The notes under the pieces were generated by a model. That model did no database searches, was not told the origin of the DNA, and worked only from the letters and a program-made list of their open reading frames with translations. This document shows, piece by piece, positions 33,769-47,100 of a stretch of DNA of 64,000 bases. Source of the DNA: Azolla caroliniana (Eukaryota > Plantae > Polypodiophyta); contig JBHGNT010000004.1 of the NCBI GenBank assembly GCA_043228905.1, forward strand, positions 11,904,001 to 11,968,000, read 5' to 3'. A program made the position numbers and the translations under genes. Each line of letters starts with the position of its first letter. The first letter of the stretch is position 1.

Positions 33769-36368
33769 ACCAACGGTAGAGGCATATGGAACCTTCACCA
33801 TATCCGCCTTCTCTGCTTTCGTCTTCGGGCTTTGTTTACCGAATAGTCTGCAGTTTGCCGGCAGTTTAGTTCCGGCGTCTTCGGCACGGTAAATTCGAGC
33901 CGGATTCCCTTCGAGCGACAGTTCTCCTCGAACTGCCCCCGGTATTCACCTCCGTTATCTGCTCGAACCGCCTTCAGCTTCCGGCCGGTTTCTCTTTCCA
34001 CTCTCGCGTGGAGCTCTTTGAAGACGGATAACACCTGATCCTTCGTCTTCAATGGTGTGGCCTACAGCTTCCGGCTGTGGTCATCTATGAACGTCACGAA
34101 GTACTGCGATCCGGCATGTGACTTCGTGTCCACTTGACTTACATCAGTATGCACCAACGCCAGTGGTGCATTACGTCTCATCGGTGGCCTCGATCTAAAG
34201 GAGGTTCGGTTTTGTTTACTGGCCAGACAATCAGTGCACTTCTCCAAGTTCACGTTCTTCACAGGAATGAGGTTGTCGTCTGCAAGCCTCTTCATCCCCT
34301 TCTCGCTCATGTGACACAACCTCTTGTGCCACAGCTCACCGGCAGTGTTGGAAGCCACGTTCACTTCTTCCGGGCATAACCGGGCATTCATCAGGTACAA
34401 CGTGTTTACCTTCCAGGCCCGAGCCACTATCAGGCTCCCTTTGCTGAATTTCATGACTCCGTTCTGGATGCTACCCGTGTAGCCTTCATCATCCGGACAC
34501 AACCTCCGTATCAGTCGAACCTCTGGAACGTGTCGGACATCCTTTAGCAGCAGCTTGCATCTGGTTGGTGTTGTCAACCACACGTCTCCTATGCCGACAA
34601 TTCGGCATGTACCTTCATTCCCCATCCGGACACAACCGACTGTGTAGGATGAGAATTATTTACGATCCGGGGTAAGGTGGAACGACGCTCTGGAATCAAC
34701 AACCCACGTTGTCTCGTCCCCGACAAGGTTCAACTCACTCTCCTCGGTGATGAGCATCAACTCTTCTTCACTTGCCGCGATTGCCGTCGTTCGCATCCGG
34801 TCCGGCCCCCTCCGGTCTTTACCGTTCCGGTCCAGTGTCCGCTTCGAATCGGTACCATCGGTTTCCTTGTCTTTTCGGAAGTGCCGACAGTTGTTCTGGA
34901 AGTGTCCCGGCTTGCCGCAATAGAAGCAGGTAGGCCTCCCCCTTGACTTTGACCGTGTCCCCGACTTCTCCCGGTTCTGGGAACTACGGTTCCTTGGTCT
35001 TCCGCGTTCCGATTCGGTAATGAGCGCTTTGGAGTCGGAGTTCGTGTCCTTGTCTTTCCGACGCGCCTCCTCATCTAGCAAGCTCGACTTCACTCTTGCC
35101 AGGGATAACCGTTTCCCTTCCGGCCCAGCGTTGCCCAAAGTGACAACCAACGTCTCCCAGCTATTTGGGAGGGAACCGAGCAGGAGTAGTGGTAGTACCT
35201 CATTGGCGAGAGGTACTTCCAATGATGTTGCCTGGTGGATCAGCCCCTGGAAGGCATTCATGTGCTCCGCCATGCTGGAGCCATCTTGGTACCGGAGTCT
35301 TACTAGCTTCCGAAATATCGAAACCTAATTAATGTTGATCTTCTCCCAAAGCTCATGAGCCTTGCTCTCTTCATTGAAGTTGTTGTATAGACTCATGTGA
35401 ATGAAGCACCGTATGTACGCCATCGTCTTCATGTGCATCACCTCCCATATCGTGGCGTCGATTTTGTCCGGTCTCTTGTCCCCGAACTGAACCGGAAACC
35501 AAAGATCTTTAACCACGAGCATGTCCCTCATCTTCGACTTCCACACTGTGAATAGTTGGAGCCGGTGAGCTTGAACATGCCTCCCAACGAATTGTCCATT
35601 TTTCTATGTCGTTTCGCTCTGATACCACTTTGACGTGTAATACGCGGAATAATCTCCGGCAACAACTGAAGGGTAAATCACTTGATACAATTGAACACAG
35701 AAGAAATGGGAATGGAGGTAAGTGCACGAACAAACAAAAGAGAATACACAAGATATTAATGTGGAAAACCCTGAGAGGGAAAAAAACCACGAGAGTCCAC
35801 AGACTCCAAACTATCACTATGTAAAGTAATACAATAGGGAGCACAGAGCCAATGACCTCTTGCTCACAATCTTCGCCTCGCGGCGGTTACAAGAGAGACA
35901 CAATCTCTGTATGTCGCTCTCTCTCTCTCTCTCTTACGCACTGTTCAAAGGTTACACCAACAACACTCACATTGTCACTATTAAGTTTGCCGTAGGTCAT
36001 ATTTATACTAATATGACTTTCGGGCTATTTACAAATATAGCCCTAGTGGGCTCTCTGGAACATATGTACATATATGTCCCTTCGATCCGATGAGAGGTTC
36101 TCACCGGGCCTGCAGCATCCGGTTCTCACCGGGTCTTCCTTGCCAGGTACTCGTCATCCGGTTCTCACCGGGTCTTCCGTTGCCGGGTACTCGTCATCCG
36201 GTTCTCACCGGGTCTTCCATTGCGGGGTATTCGTCATCCGGTTCTCACTGGGTCTTCCGTTGCCGGGTACTCCACATTTGGTTCCGTCCTCGGCCCATCG
36301 ACCTCGGCCGAGTTGCTCAACAACACTGTTCTTCTCACTTCCCATCCGGAGGGACCTGTTTCCTAATA
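33769..36368 (-). mobile_element. Ty1/copia (same family as 1-4255): 5' LTR 35631-36368, Met PBS 35616-35627, gag, PR, partial IN, RT scrap; 3' half deleted
   Basis: High similarity to 1-1080 and ~2785-2875; PBS TGGTATCAGAGC; 40-bp LTR repeats at 36115-36270. Confidence 0.92.
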
Positions 36369-38424
36369 GTGCTTGACGACCTCGCAATGCTTTCGTCCTG
36401 GGTTTGACATGTACCGGCTGATCACTCCTATGGCATAGGCTAGGTTGGGTCGGGTCGCCACCATTGCGCACATGATACTTCCTACGGCCGATGCGTAGAG
36501 CATCTTTCCATTAAGCTCTCTCTCCTTGTCCGTTGAAGGAGAGTCTTTGTCCGATAGTTGGATCGACGTCAGAAGTGGTGTTGGTGCTAGCTTCGCATTC
36601 TACATGTTGAAGCGCCTCAACACCTTCTGGATGTAGTCGGACTGGGAGAGTCAGAGAAACTTTGTTTTTTGATTTTGATGGAGCATTGTTGTCACCCTCT
36701 CCTGGATCATTCTGTGATCCGTTCTGCCACTCCATTTTGCATGAGTGTGTGGGGAACGGTCTTTTGATGTTGGATGCCTTTGTTGGACAGGTATTGCTTG
36801 AAGACTTTGGAGGTATATTCACCCCCGTTGTCGGATCGGAGTGTCTTCACTCTGTGTCCCGCTAGTTCTCCACTTCAGATGTCCACTGATTGAAGTCCTC
36901 GAGTGCTTCATCTTTGGACCTAATAGAGTAGGCCCAGACTTTCCGTGTACAGTCATCTACAAAGGTGATGAAGTACCGGGAGCCTCCTAGTGATCGCTCT
37001 GGCATGGGCCCACATATATTTGTGTGCAAGAGTTCTAGGGGTTGTCGTACCATCTCGTAGTGGAGAGTGTGCAGACTTCATGTCTGTTTCCTGTATCAAC
37101 AATGCTCGGAGAAGCCCATCTTCGCTTGGAGTTTCGGGATGTAGCCGACCGACATCAGCCGATCAAGTTCGGCTTGAGACATATGGCCAAGTCAGCCATG
37201 CCATAAGTTTGGGTCGATCTTCTCAGCTACATTCAGGGCCCCGTGTGGATTGATTGCCATCATTGGGTACAAGTTATTGTACTTGTGCCCGCCTCCTATC
37301 TTCAAGTTTCCTCGGCTAATCATCCATACCGACTCACTTAGAGTCATTTTGTACCCGTCTTTGGCTAGCATGCAGATGGAGACCAGATTCCTTTTCAGAT
37401 CAGGTACGTGCCGAACTCGGTGCAAGGTTATTGTGTTGTCGTTTGGCAATCGGATAGGAATTTCTCCAATCCCTGCGATTCTGCACTCCTGCCCCTTGCC
37501 TAATCGGATTGTGCCGATGGTGTCGGCTGAATAGTTCGAGAACCATTCAATGTTCGGGGTCACATGGAATGTGGCACCGGAATCCAGTAACCATGTGTGT
37601 GCATCCTGTGCACTGTAGAGGACTTCTTCGATCACTGAATCCTCTAAGGAGAGAATTTCTCCTGATCGGGTGTCGGCAACATTGATTTGGTTGCCTGTAG
37701 GAGAGTGGTCCGAGTCGGGTCGTCCTCAATTCCGCTCGAATCGCCGACCACTCTCTTTTCTCTTGATTGACTAGCAGTCGGAAACATTGTGGCTAGCTTT
37801 TCTATAGTGTGTGCAGAATTCGCCTGATCAACCCGTTCTCGACTTCGACCGTTGTCGGTTTCCCCTCGATTTTGATTGGTTGATATTCCAACCGGTTCTC
37901 TCAGCTTGTTCTCTCGTTTGACTCTATCGGTCAAACAACTCGATCGTGTTAAGAGTCTATTACTAATCAATAGACCAAATCAAGTAAAAAGGAAGAAAAT
38001 AGATTGGATAGAAGAACCCGTTCCACCCGACCACCCCCGAGCTATGATCTAGACATAGCCAACCTACCACCGACGTCCCATACCGCCGGATATTAGGATG
38101 ACTAATACCTTGGAAGAGATAAACACGATCGTCGAGACGAAAGCCTAGCCCGCACCACCGGTGTCTACGACAACAGCCTTCCGACGTGATTCCTATGAGG
38201 GTAGCTAAGCCTCATATTTATACCTTTTCCTAGGCCCCTTGAATAGATGTGCCTTTCTAAAAGGCTCTCTATTCATTGGTTGTCTAAATCATGATAGTGC
38301 ATGCACATATCATTCATTCTATCCAATCATTAGTCCCCTTTTTAATAATAGTGAACATACCCTTCACTAATGTAAATATTAGTGACCTACCCTCACCAAC
38401 GTTATGTGTACATAACATACTCCC

Positions 38425-41400
38425 CTACTTCAAAAGATTGCACTCTTGCAATATAAAGTGAGGAAATTGTGCCTTAAGCGAATGCTCGCGTTCCCATGTG
38501 GCATCATCAATAGGTTTATCCATCCATTTGATCTTGAATAGCCGAATCTCTTTAGAACGTAAACGTTTAGTACGAGAATCAAGAATTCGTTCAGGAACAT
38601 GAGGTTTGTAAGAAAAATCCTCTAATGTTACAAGATCTTGGATTGTGATGGTGTTATCACCAGAGCCTAAAAATGGTTTTAGACGACTGACGTGAAAAAC
38701 AGGATGAATACCAACGTTACGAGGTAAGGCAAGGTGATAAGCAGATGACCCAACTCGCTTAAGGATTTCAAATGGGCCACAATATCGTGGGGCTAACTTA
38801 GCGCACTTGCCCGTAGATAATGACTTAGAATCAGTCGGGACACGCAAAAAAACTTTTTGACCAATAGTAAATGCACGAGGACGTCTATCTTGATCAGCAT
38901 AAAATCGAGCACGATCTTGAGCTGTCTTGACATTTTCTTTGGCAATATGCAACATTTGGTTCATGTCTTGCAAAAAATTGCGTGTACTGTCTAATGTATC
39001 ACGATGAATCGTGACATCAACTGGGGCACGTGGCTGGAAACCATACATCAACAGAAAAGGACTATATCCAGTGGATGTATGTTTAGAGCTATTATAGGCA
39101 AATTCTAAGATAGGAAGGTATTGCTCCCACTTAGAAGGGGTTTTTGCTACATAAGCTCGAAGCATGTCCTCAATAATTTGATTAACTCGTTCAGTTTGTC
39201 CATCAGACTGAGGATGATCTGCGGAACTCATGCTCAACGTAGTTTCTAGTTTCTTAAAGACCTGAGTCCAAAAGTCACTAGTAAACTTGGAATCTCGATC
39301 ACTAACAATATCCATCGGTAATCCATAAAAACGAAATAACTCATCAACAAATTGATAAGCCAACTGTTGAGCGGTTACCGTGGTTTTTGTAGGAATAAAT
39401 CTAGCTAATTTTGTTAGCCTGTCAACGACAACCCATATGGCATCATGACCCCTCTGTGTACGAGGTAAACTAACAATAAAATCCATCGAGATACTTTCCC
39501 ATTTATTGTTGGGAATATCTAAGGGATGTAAAAGACCAGCAGCTTTAAGTCGTTCCGACTTATTAATCTGACATTGTAAGCATTGAGTTACGTATTTATG
39601 CACGTCAGAGCGCATCTTAGGCCAGAAAAAAGTACACGAGATGAGAACGAGTGTGCGTTGTATTCCAGGATGACCAGCAGATGGTGCATCATGACATTCA
39701 TGAAAAATTTTCTGTTTAACATTTGGTAAATCTGGAACACAGACCTTTCCACTACGGTAGAGCAAACCGTTTGTAATGTGAAAGGTCGCCTTCGAGGGTA
39801 GGGTGCTAGTATCGGCATCTAAACCAGATTCGGCTTTCGTCCAGTATTTTGAGAAATAACTGTCATCAAGGTATTTCCCTCGAAGGTGATCTAAAAGATC
39901 AGATTTTATTTCCGTGAAGCTAAGCATGTTAACTTCTTTAATGCGACTAAGAGCATCAGCAACGGTGTTCATAGAACCCTTGCGATAGCGTATGGAAAAA
40001 TCAAAATCTTGCATAAGGTCAGCCCAACGGCCTTTACGACCAACAAGATCGGGCTGGTCACAAAAATACTTTAATGATTGATGGTCTGTTGTAACCACAA
40101 ATTTATTTCCATAGAGATAGTGCCTCCATGTTTTAAGTGCATGTATCACCGCAAACAACTCTTTCTCTTGAACCGAATACCGAGATTGAGCAGCATCAAG
40201 CTTCTTACTTTCAAAAGCAATAGGGTGACCACCTTGATAAAGAACTGCACCAATAGCATAATCACTAGCATCGGTTTCAATTGAGAAAGGCTTAGAAGGG
40301 TCTGGTAATAGAAGAGTGGGAGCCTGACACACATGCTCCTTGAGTGTCTCAAATGATTTGTCAAGTTGTTCATTCCATGAAATTGGTTTGACAGACTTAC
40401 GTGGATGACCTTTTAAAAGGTCAGTTAATGGCGTAGTCAATTTGGAATAGTTACGAATTGATTTTCGTAAAAATCCAACAAACCCTAAGAATGATCTAAG
40501 TTCACGAATATTACGAGGAATGGGCCAAAGTTTAACCTTTTCAATACGAGAAGCTTCAATTTCAACGCCATTTTCTGTAATTAAATGACCTAGGTACACA
40601 ATAGATTTTTGGAAGAAGTCACATTTTGAATGTTTTGCATAGAAAGAGTTGTCACGCAACTTTCGCAAAACAAATCGAACATGTTGAACATGATCTTGCA
40701 AGGTACGGCTATATATCAAAATATCATCCAAGAAGACGACAACAAAATCACCGAGTTGATCTCGGAAAACATCATTCATCGCTTGTTGGAATGTGGCTGG
40801 AGCATTAGTCAACCCAAACGGCATGACTAAAAACTCATAATGGCCATAGCGCGTACGAAAAGCGGTTTTAGGAATATCATCCTCGGCGATGCGAATCTGA
40901 TGATAACCAGTTCGTAAGTCAATTTTCGTAAAATATCGAGCCCCGTGCAAACGATCAATCAAATCATCGGCACGAGGTAATGGATATGCATTCTTAATTG
41001 TCATTTTATTCAAACGGAGATAATTGATACACATTCGCCACGAACCTTCCTTCTTCTTGACTAATAGAACTGGCGCACCCCAAGGTGATTTACTATACCT
41101 AATGTGGCCCATACTCAAGTATTCCTTAAGTTGTTTAGCGATCTCATCCTCTTCTAAGCGACTAAGTCGGTAAGGTGGAATGCTCACAGGAGCAGCCCCA
41201 GGGATGAGTTCAATTTGATGGTCCACATTACGTTTAGGTGGCAAAGTAAGCGGTAATTCAGTAGGAAACACATCTTGAAAATCCTCTAAAATAGAGTCGA
41301 GTAATCGTTGCTCAAAATGTGGTAATTGTGTGGCGTCAATATTAAAATAATAAAATTGAACTGCAGGATCAATTACACACGAATAAATTAATGAACTAGA

Positions 41401-42828
41401 ATACTCACTTAAAGATTTAGAAGACACAAGTGAATGAGAAGGAAGTTTGGAACATTGAATAAAATGTTTACAATTATTAAGTTCAAATGTGATTGAGTGA
41501 TTAACCCAATCAATGGACAAAGAAGGGTTTTTATTAAAAAACCAAGGATATCCTAAAATGACATCTGCGGATTGTAATTTCATAACATGAAAGTCAAGCT
41601 TCTCCAAATAAGTATCTATTTGAATTGGCAGTTGACAAACAATGCCACTGATGTATTGAACGTTTCCATTTGCCATGTGAACTTGATAGATATGATCACT
41701 TGCGTTTATGTGGAGCTCCATTTGCTGCACAAAGTGATCATTAAGAAAATTGTGCGAACTACCGGAATCAAACAAGAAATGTGCTTGTGTTCCATTGATA
41801 TATCCGACTGCTCGGAGTAAATCATTAGGTCCAAGTAAATGTGAAGGAAAAGTGCATTCACATAAACTTAAGTGATTGGTATGAACTTCAACAATATCAA
41901 AAGACTCACCTGTGTGACTCGTAGATTTGTCTTGAGGAGGGGTGTTCATTGACTTCCTCTCAAGACGACGACAGGTATCCTTTGTGTGGCCCCGCTTCTT
42001 GCAATATGCACAGAAGAGGTTCGGTTTCTTTGAGTCGCGGTCAAGAGTGTCACTGGATTGCTTACGTTTCCCAATGAACTTGACATTCGGAGTTTTGGCG
42101 AACTCAGGTTTATTGTGGTCTTTCTTGGAAGTCCTATGGTATCGCAGCACAATGTTGACGGCTTCCTCGAAAGTTGTGGGGTCCTTGTCATGGACAATCC
42201 AATGATAATCCCCATTGGGAATACCATTCAAAAAACAAGCGACAAACCATTTCTCACCCGTAAGTCCCGATTTTTGGATCTGGGTCCGTGCGTGATGCAC
42301 ATAATCCTCGAGAGAGGTAAATGGCTTACTAGACAATGTGAGCAAGTGTTGCGCTTGTTCGGTTTGAGAAGGTGGCTGCAAGAATTGTTTCTTAAAAACA
42401 TCAACGAAACCTTCCCAAGTTGTGGGTAAGTTTTTTGCGGTCCTTAGGCCACGCCACCAAGCAGCAGCTCGGCCACCTAACTCACGACCGACATAACCAA
42501 TTTTTACTGCATCGGGCTTGGGATGAAGCTCAAAGTGAGACTCCCAACGACCAAGCCAAGTGCTAATGGCCTCCTCGGTTCTTTCTTTCTTATCTCCCTT
42601 GAAAGGCGTGACTACGAAGGAAGGTTCACCTTCTTTCTTGGACTCAATAGTTAATTCTTGGAATTTCTTTTCCAATGCCATATTGGCCTGTCTCATTTCG
42701 GCCAATTGATTCAAGGTAGTAGTGAGCAATTGCTCAATAGTGATCTCAGCTTGTGTGCGAGATGCGGATTGGGGTTGAGAGGTCTCATTTGGAGAGATCG
42801 TTCCAACTGCGTTCAAAACTTGTTCCAT
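38425..42828 (-). CDS. Gag-Pol polyprotein, 1467 aa (Gag, CCHC knuckle, PR, RT, RNase H, IN, chromodomain)
   Basis: CAYCKKRGHTKDTC, LFDSGSSH, VFLDDIL, ETDASD, HDAPSAGH..CLQC, SDRD, GPF, PERILDSR...KW...ATWE. Confidence 0.95.
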   Translation of the reverse strand: MEQVLNAVGTISPNETSQPQSASRTQAEITIEQLLTTTLNQLAEMRQANMALEKKFQELTIESKKEGEPSFVVTPFKGDKKERTEEAISTWLGRWESHFELHPKPDAVKIGYVGRELGGRAAAWWRGLRTAKNLPTTWEGFVDVFKKQFLQPPSQTEQAQHLLTLSSKPFTSLEDYVHHARTQIQKSGLTGEKWFVACFLNGIPNGDYHWIVHDKDPTTFEEAVNIVLRYHRTSKKDHNKPEFAKTPNVKFIGKRKQSSDTLDRDSKKPNLFCAYCKKRGHTKDTCRRLERKSMNTPPQDKSTSHTGESFDIVEVHTNHLSLCECTFPSHLLGPNDLLRAVGYINGTQAHFLFDSGSSHNFLNDHFVQQMELHINASDHIYQVHMANGNVQYISGIVCQLPIQIDTYLEKLDFHVMKLQSADVILGYPWFFNKNPSLSIDWVNHSITFELNNCKHFIQCSKLPSHSLVSSKSLSEYSSSLIYSCVIDPAVQFYYFNIDATQLPHFEQRLLDSILEDFQDVFPTELPLTLPPKRNVDHQIELIPGAAPVSIPPYRLSRLEEDEIAKQLKEYLSMGHIRYSKSPWGAPVLLVKKKEGSWRMCINYLRLNKMTIKNAYPLPRADDLIDRLHGARYFTKIDLRTGYHQIRIAEDDIPKTAFRTRYGHYEFLVMPFGLTNAPATFQQAMNDVFRDQLGDFVVVFLDDILIYSRTLQDHVQHVRFVLRKLRDNSFYAKHSKCDFFQKSIVYLGHLITENGVEIEASRIEKVKLWPIPRNIRELRSFLGFVGFLRKSIRNYSKLTTPLTDLLKGHPRKSVKPISWNEQLDKSFETLKEHVCQAPTLLLPDPSKPFSIETDASDYAIGAVLYQGGHPIAFESKKLDAAQSRYSVQEKELFAVIHALKTWRHYLYGNKFVVTTDHQSLKYFCDQPDLVGRKGRWADLMQDFDFSIRYRKGSMNTVADALSRIKEVNMLSFTEIKSDLLDHLRGKYLDDSYFSKYWTKAESGLDADTSTLPSKATFHITNGLLYRSGKVCVPDLPNVKQKIFHECHDAPSAGHPGIQRTLVLISCTFFWPKMRSDVHKYVTQCLQCQINKSERLKAAGLLHPLDIPNNKWESISMDFIVSLPRTQRGHDAIWVVVDRLTKLARFIPTKTTVTAQQLAYQFVDELFRFYGLPMDIVSDRDSKFTSDFWTQVFKKLETTLSMSSADHPQSDGQTERVNQIIEDMLRAYVAKTPSKWEQYLPILEFAYNSSKHTSTGYSPFLLMYGFQPRAPVDVTIHRDTLDSTRNFLQDMNQMLHIAKENVKTAQDRARFYADQDRRPRAFTIGQKVFLRVPTDSKSLSTGKCAKLAPRYCGPFEILKRVGSSAYHLALPRNVGIHPVFHVSRLKPFLGSGDNTITIQDLVTLEDFSYKPHVPERILDSRTKRLRSKEIRLFKIKWMDKPIDDATWEREHSLKAQFPHFILQECNLLK

Positions 42829-43824
42829 GATGCACGCTGTGGGTATGCAATAAAATAAGGAGGTTCAGAAAATACACAAGCAAAATGAATGCTTGAAATT
42901 TTGATTGAAAGAACTTTATCCAAGAAAGTATCTCATGTCTTTACCCCTCTAGACATATGAGATGTGATTCGAGATCCGATAACTATGGTAACACTATGGT
43001 GTTTTAAAAACCATGGGGGAAAACATAGCTAAGATGTATTTCTCGGATCTCTATCTTGAGTAATCATGGCGGCTCCCCGAGGCTCAACCATGGTTCTTAC
43101 ATCAATGAAATTTCCTAGATAGCCTTATATTAATGCCAACCCATCATGTATTATATGGTCGAGAAAGTGTATTACGTGAAAAAACAAGTGCACTCACAAG
43201 TAATATTCTAGTCTTGCGAGCAATAAGCAAACGTGATGATAAAATGATAAAATAAGGCACTACTCATAAGAGTTAAGTAGTGACGAAAACAAGGGTAAAA
43301 AAGAACCCATGTGTTACCTACGAAAAAAACAATGTCACAAATAAATGGGAAGTGCAAGGTATGCACATATACATCCCAATATGATTGTTATAACTTGCAC
43401 AATTGTGACATAAGCCACAAATTGATACAAGTGATGACGGTGTTGTGCGCAAAGATGTAATACTCAAATCCATGAGTAAAACATCAATAAGGGAACTCAT
43501 ATGGTTTTACTCGTTTTCTAAGGCTTGATGATAAGAGTTAAACCTAGATGACCCGTTGAAAAAAAATCGTTCAACAAGCCACTCCATACGAAAAAAATAG
43601 TCTACACGTAAAGGTTACATTAAAAATAAACGATGTAAATACTTTATACATGAAAAGGAAGTGGAAAAAGGAGAGTTAATTGTGGGCGGGTAAATAATAA
43701 TTACTAGAAAATCATATAAGTGAAACAATACTTATGAAATTAAGATTTAATTAGAATAATCAACAATTAGGTGTATGGAATCAAACATGCCCTAAGATAC
43801 GAAACCCTAGGGTAGTTGACATGC

Positions 43825-44140
43825 ACCTCCTCAAGACCACCACATATCCCTAGAATCGGCCAAGTAATGGCTAATTAAAGAGGAAAGTGGCATAGGTAAG
43901 TGACATATACCTCGTCAAGGCCACATCATCCCTTAGAATCGGCCAATTGATGGCTAATTAAAAAGGAAAGTGGCATATGTAAGCTACATATACCTTGTCA
44001 AGGCCACAACATCCCATAGAATCGGCCAATTGATGGCTTAATAGAGAGTAGAGTGGCATAGGTAGGCAACATACACCTCGTCAAGGCCACATCATCCCTT
44101 AGAATCGGCCAAGTGATGGCTCAATAGAGGGGAAGAGTGG
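43825..44140. repeat. Four copies of an 83-bp tandem unit in the chromovirus 5' leader
   Basis: TAGAATCGGCCAA recurs at 43851, 43934, 44017 and 44100. Confidence 0.9.
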
Positions 44141-47100
44141 TATACTCAACATCATATGCAAAACGGCCATGAGATAAGCGTGTGCGATTAGAGCAAACAC
44201 GCTCGACCCAATGCACAAGAATAATTATTATCGTAAGAGTTCAAGAGAGGAGAGAGTGGGATATATATCGCAATATGCAAAAGGCCATGAGTTGAGCGTG
44301 TGCGATTAGTGCAAACACGCTTGGCCCGATGCATAATAATAAGTAAAATCGTAGCGTAGTAGGAGGTAGAAAGAAAGAGAATAAAACGTAATACCAATTT
44401 GATTCGACCATAAAGAACACATAATAGAAAAAGAGAAGAGATCAAAAAAGAAGAATACCGGGTTTAGAGTGTTGTTTTGATCCTGAGAAGAGCATGACGA
44501 GCCTTGTTAGATCCCCCTCGCTCACACGCAAAAAACATCAAAACAACAAAAAAAATTGTTAGTAAGCGCTCTGATACCACTGTTAAGAGTCTATTACTAA
44601 TCAATAGACCAAATCAAGTAAAAAGGAAGAAAATAGATTGGATAGAAGAACCCGTTCCACCCGACCACCCCCGAGCTATGATCTAGACATAGCCAACCTA
44701 CCACCGACGTCCCATACCGCCGGATATTAGGATGACTAATACCTTGGAAGATATAAACACGATCGTCGAGACGAAAGCCTAGCCCGCACCACCGGTGTCT
44801 ACGACAGCAGCCTTCCGACGTGATTCCTATGAGGGTAGCTAAGCCTCATATTTATACCTTTTCCTAGGCCCCTTGAATAGATGTGCCTTTCTAAAAGGCT
44901 CTCTATTCATTGGTTGTCTAAATCATGATAGTGCATGCACATATCATTCATTCTATCCAATCATTAGTCCCCTTTTTAATAATAGTGAACATACCCTTCA
45001 CTAATGTAAATATTAGTGACCTACCCTCACCAACGTTATGTGTACATAACAGATCGGGTGATGGGCTTCTACCGATTCATCGATGGTAAGTCCCATCGAT
45101 TTTCATCGAATGTCCTCGGTGAGAACTTGGTCAATCGTCTCATCCAAATTTAGGATCGGTCGACTATTGGCGTATGTCGTAAAGAATACCTCCCAACTTG
45201 TCGGCAAGCTCGATAGGAGGGCAAGGGCTATCACTTCTTCTTCAAAGTTGAGCCCTTGTGAGGAGAGTTCTGACAACACCCGACTAAAGGTGTTGATGTG
45301 GGAGGTAGCCGGATCGGTCTCTCTCATCTTCATGTTGAACAATTGTTTGATCAGAATCAGTTTTGAAGATGAGAACTTCTTCTCATATACGCCTTGTAGT
45401 TTCTCCCATAGTGAGAACGTTGTCATCTCTTTTGCCATGTTAAAGTAGACGTTTTCGGCTAGGTGCATTCGAATGGTGGAGCGTGCGATTTCATCCAATG
45501 ATCTCCACTCATCGGCTGACATTGAAGCAGACTTTTCGGAGTGTCAAATGACCTCGACTTGTCTTCAAATAATCAGTACGTCCTGCATCATCTCTTTCCA
45601 TAGGGCAAAGTTTTTGTTGTCGAATTTTCATATCTCAACTCCTATACCAGATGTTGATGCCATGATTCTTTCGGAAGTGAGATTTACTAACCTGGTCTTT
45701 TCTTTCAGCCTTTTCTGTTGTCTGTTGCCACCGAGTAGCAGATCGCTCTAATACCAATTGAAGTGTCAGTGTATGTGGAAACGTATGAGCATCTGTCTCA
45801 GTTCGTACTCAGAAAGACAACACAGAAAGAGAATCAAAGATATATACAGATTGAAGCTTTAATGGAAGCTCTATTACGTTCTCTGTCTCTTACTCTCTCA
45901 GAGACTCGATATCCGATATACAGTCAAGAAGATCATTCTTTACAACATTTGATTATTGCATATATACTAAGCCCTAACTATGTGGACGAGTTCACACTAG
46001 GATACAAAGTAGAGGGAGTCGGCCTTTTATGCCAACAGATCCTGCAATTTACGATTCGCTTTCAGAACCTCTATCATCAGTTGGCTCAGGAAATCCCAGT
46101 TGACAACCTAAAGGAGACCTTCCTTGCGGCTCTCCGCAAGCCCATTCGAACCACCTTGGCTCTCATCGACTTCTCTCAACAAAAGATTGAGCAAGTTGTC
46201 GATAGTGTCCTTGCAATGCACAACGCCCAAAACAACACCTCCTTCTCCATGAGCTCCCTTCGAGGCGCTTTACCGACAACCAAAGAAGCCCAATTCCACC
46301 AGTCCATTCAATGCACCAGTTGCTTGAACCCTGGACACTTGGCGATGGAATGCATTGTACGCTCACACTGCCCAATGTGTCATTCATGAGCTCACACCAC
46401 CAACCAATGTGAGTACAACCTGCTCAATTGCGCTACCGCCACCCCGGTCCGACAGATCGAGCCACGACACGATGATCGCGTCCGACAGCTGCCTCGCTTT
46501 CGAGACGTTGAGCAAGGCTGCTGTCCACTATTGGCTAGCCGAGGATCATTATCGACCTGATGAGGACACATACGGCCACTATCCATACGACTACGACCGT
46601 GATGAGCATTATGGACCTCGGTACCATCCTGAACCATGACATGAGAGAAGGCCTCCTCACAATAATCAACAATATGGCAATAATCAGTGCTCCTCAAACA
46701 ATCGGCGCCGAGAGAATCCTCAGTCGAACCACTGTCACCTTCCTCCCAACACCGAGCAGTGAGAAGATCGCCGATGACCTCCACAATATGACACTCCACT
46801 CTGAAACAAACCGCCCTGACAACCTTAGTTGTCTCAAATCAAACAAGGGGAGTCGAGCAAATCCGCTTTGGTAATCTTCTTTCATTGTAGTAAACGTGGC
46901 CACTACGCTACGCAATGTCCAACCAATTATCACGACAAGAGCCCCATAGTCAACACCATCATGGCCGAGGTTCAACAAGTGACGACACGAAGCAAGGCTC
47001 AGCAAATGCACTGGGACGTTTAGGACGAGGTTCGACAAGCTGCTAAAGAATGGATAAAAAAAGCCAACACCACGAACACCACAAGCTTCTACACCTACTT

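Larger units (their letters stand above)
37947..45051 (-). mobile_element. Full-length chromovirus (Ty3/gypsy): LTRs 44581-45051 and 37947-38417 (471 bp each), Met PBS 44566-44579, PPT 38418-38430
   Basis: TSD GATCG (37942-37946 / 45052-45056); only two LTR mismatches seen by eye; single uninterrupted ORF. Confidence 0.97.
24057..46037 (-). mobile_element. Ty1/copia element, heavily nested and internally deleted: 5' LTR 45759-46037, Met PBS 45745-45756, gag 45057-45663, gag/PR/IN/RT remnants 36369-37946, 3' LTR remnant 24057-24192
   Basis: TSD GATCC (24052-24056 / 46038-46042); LTR match between 24057-24192 and 45759-45894; WLLDSGATFH and HTNICGPM motifs. Confidence 0.88.

Noticed and set aside
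45763-46389. 208-aa ORF as a novel gene
   Set aside because: Chance read-through from an antisense copia LTR into the interrupted gypsy gag.
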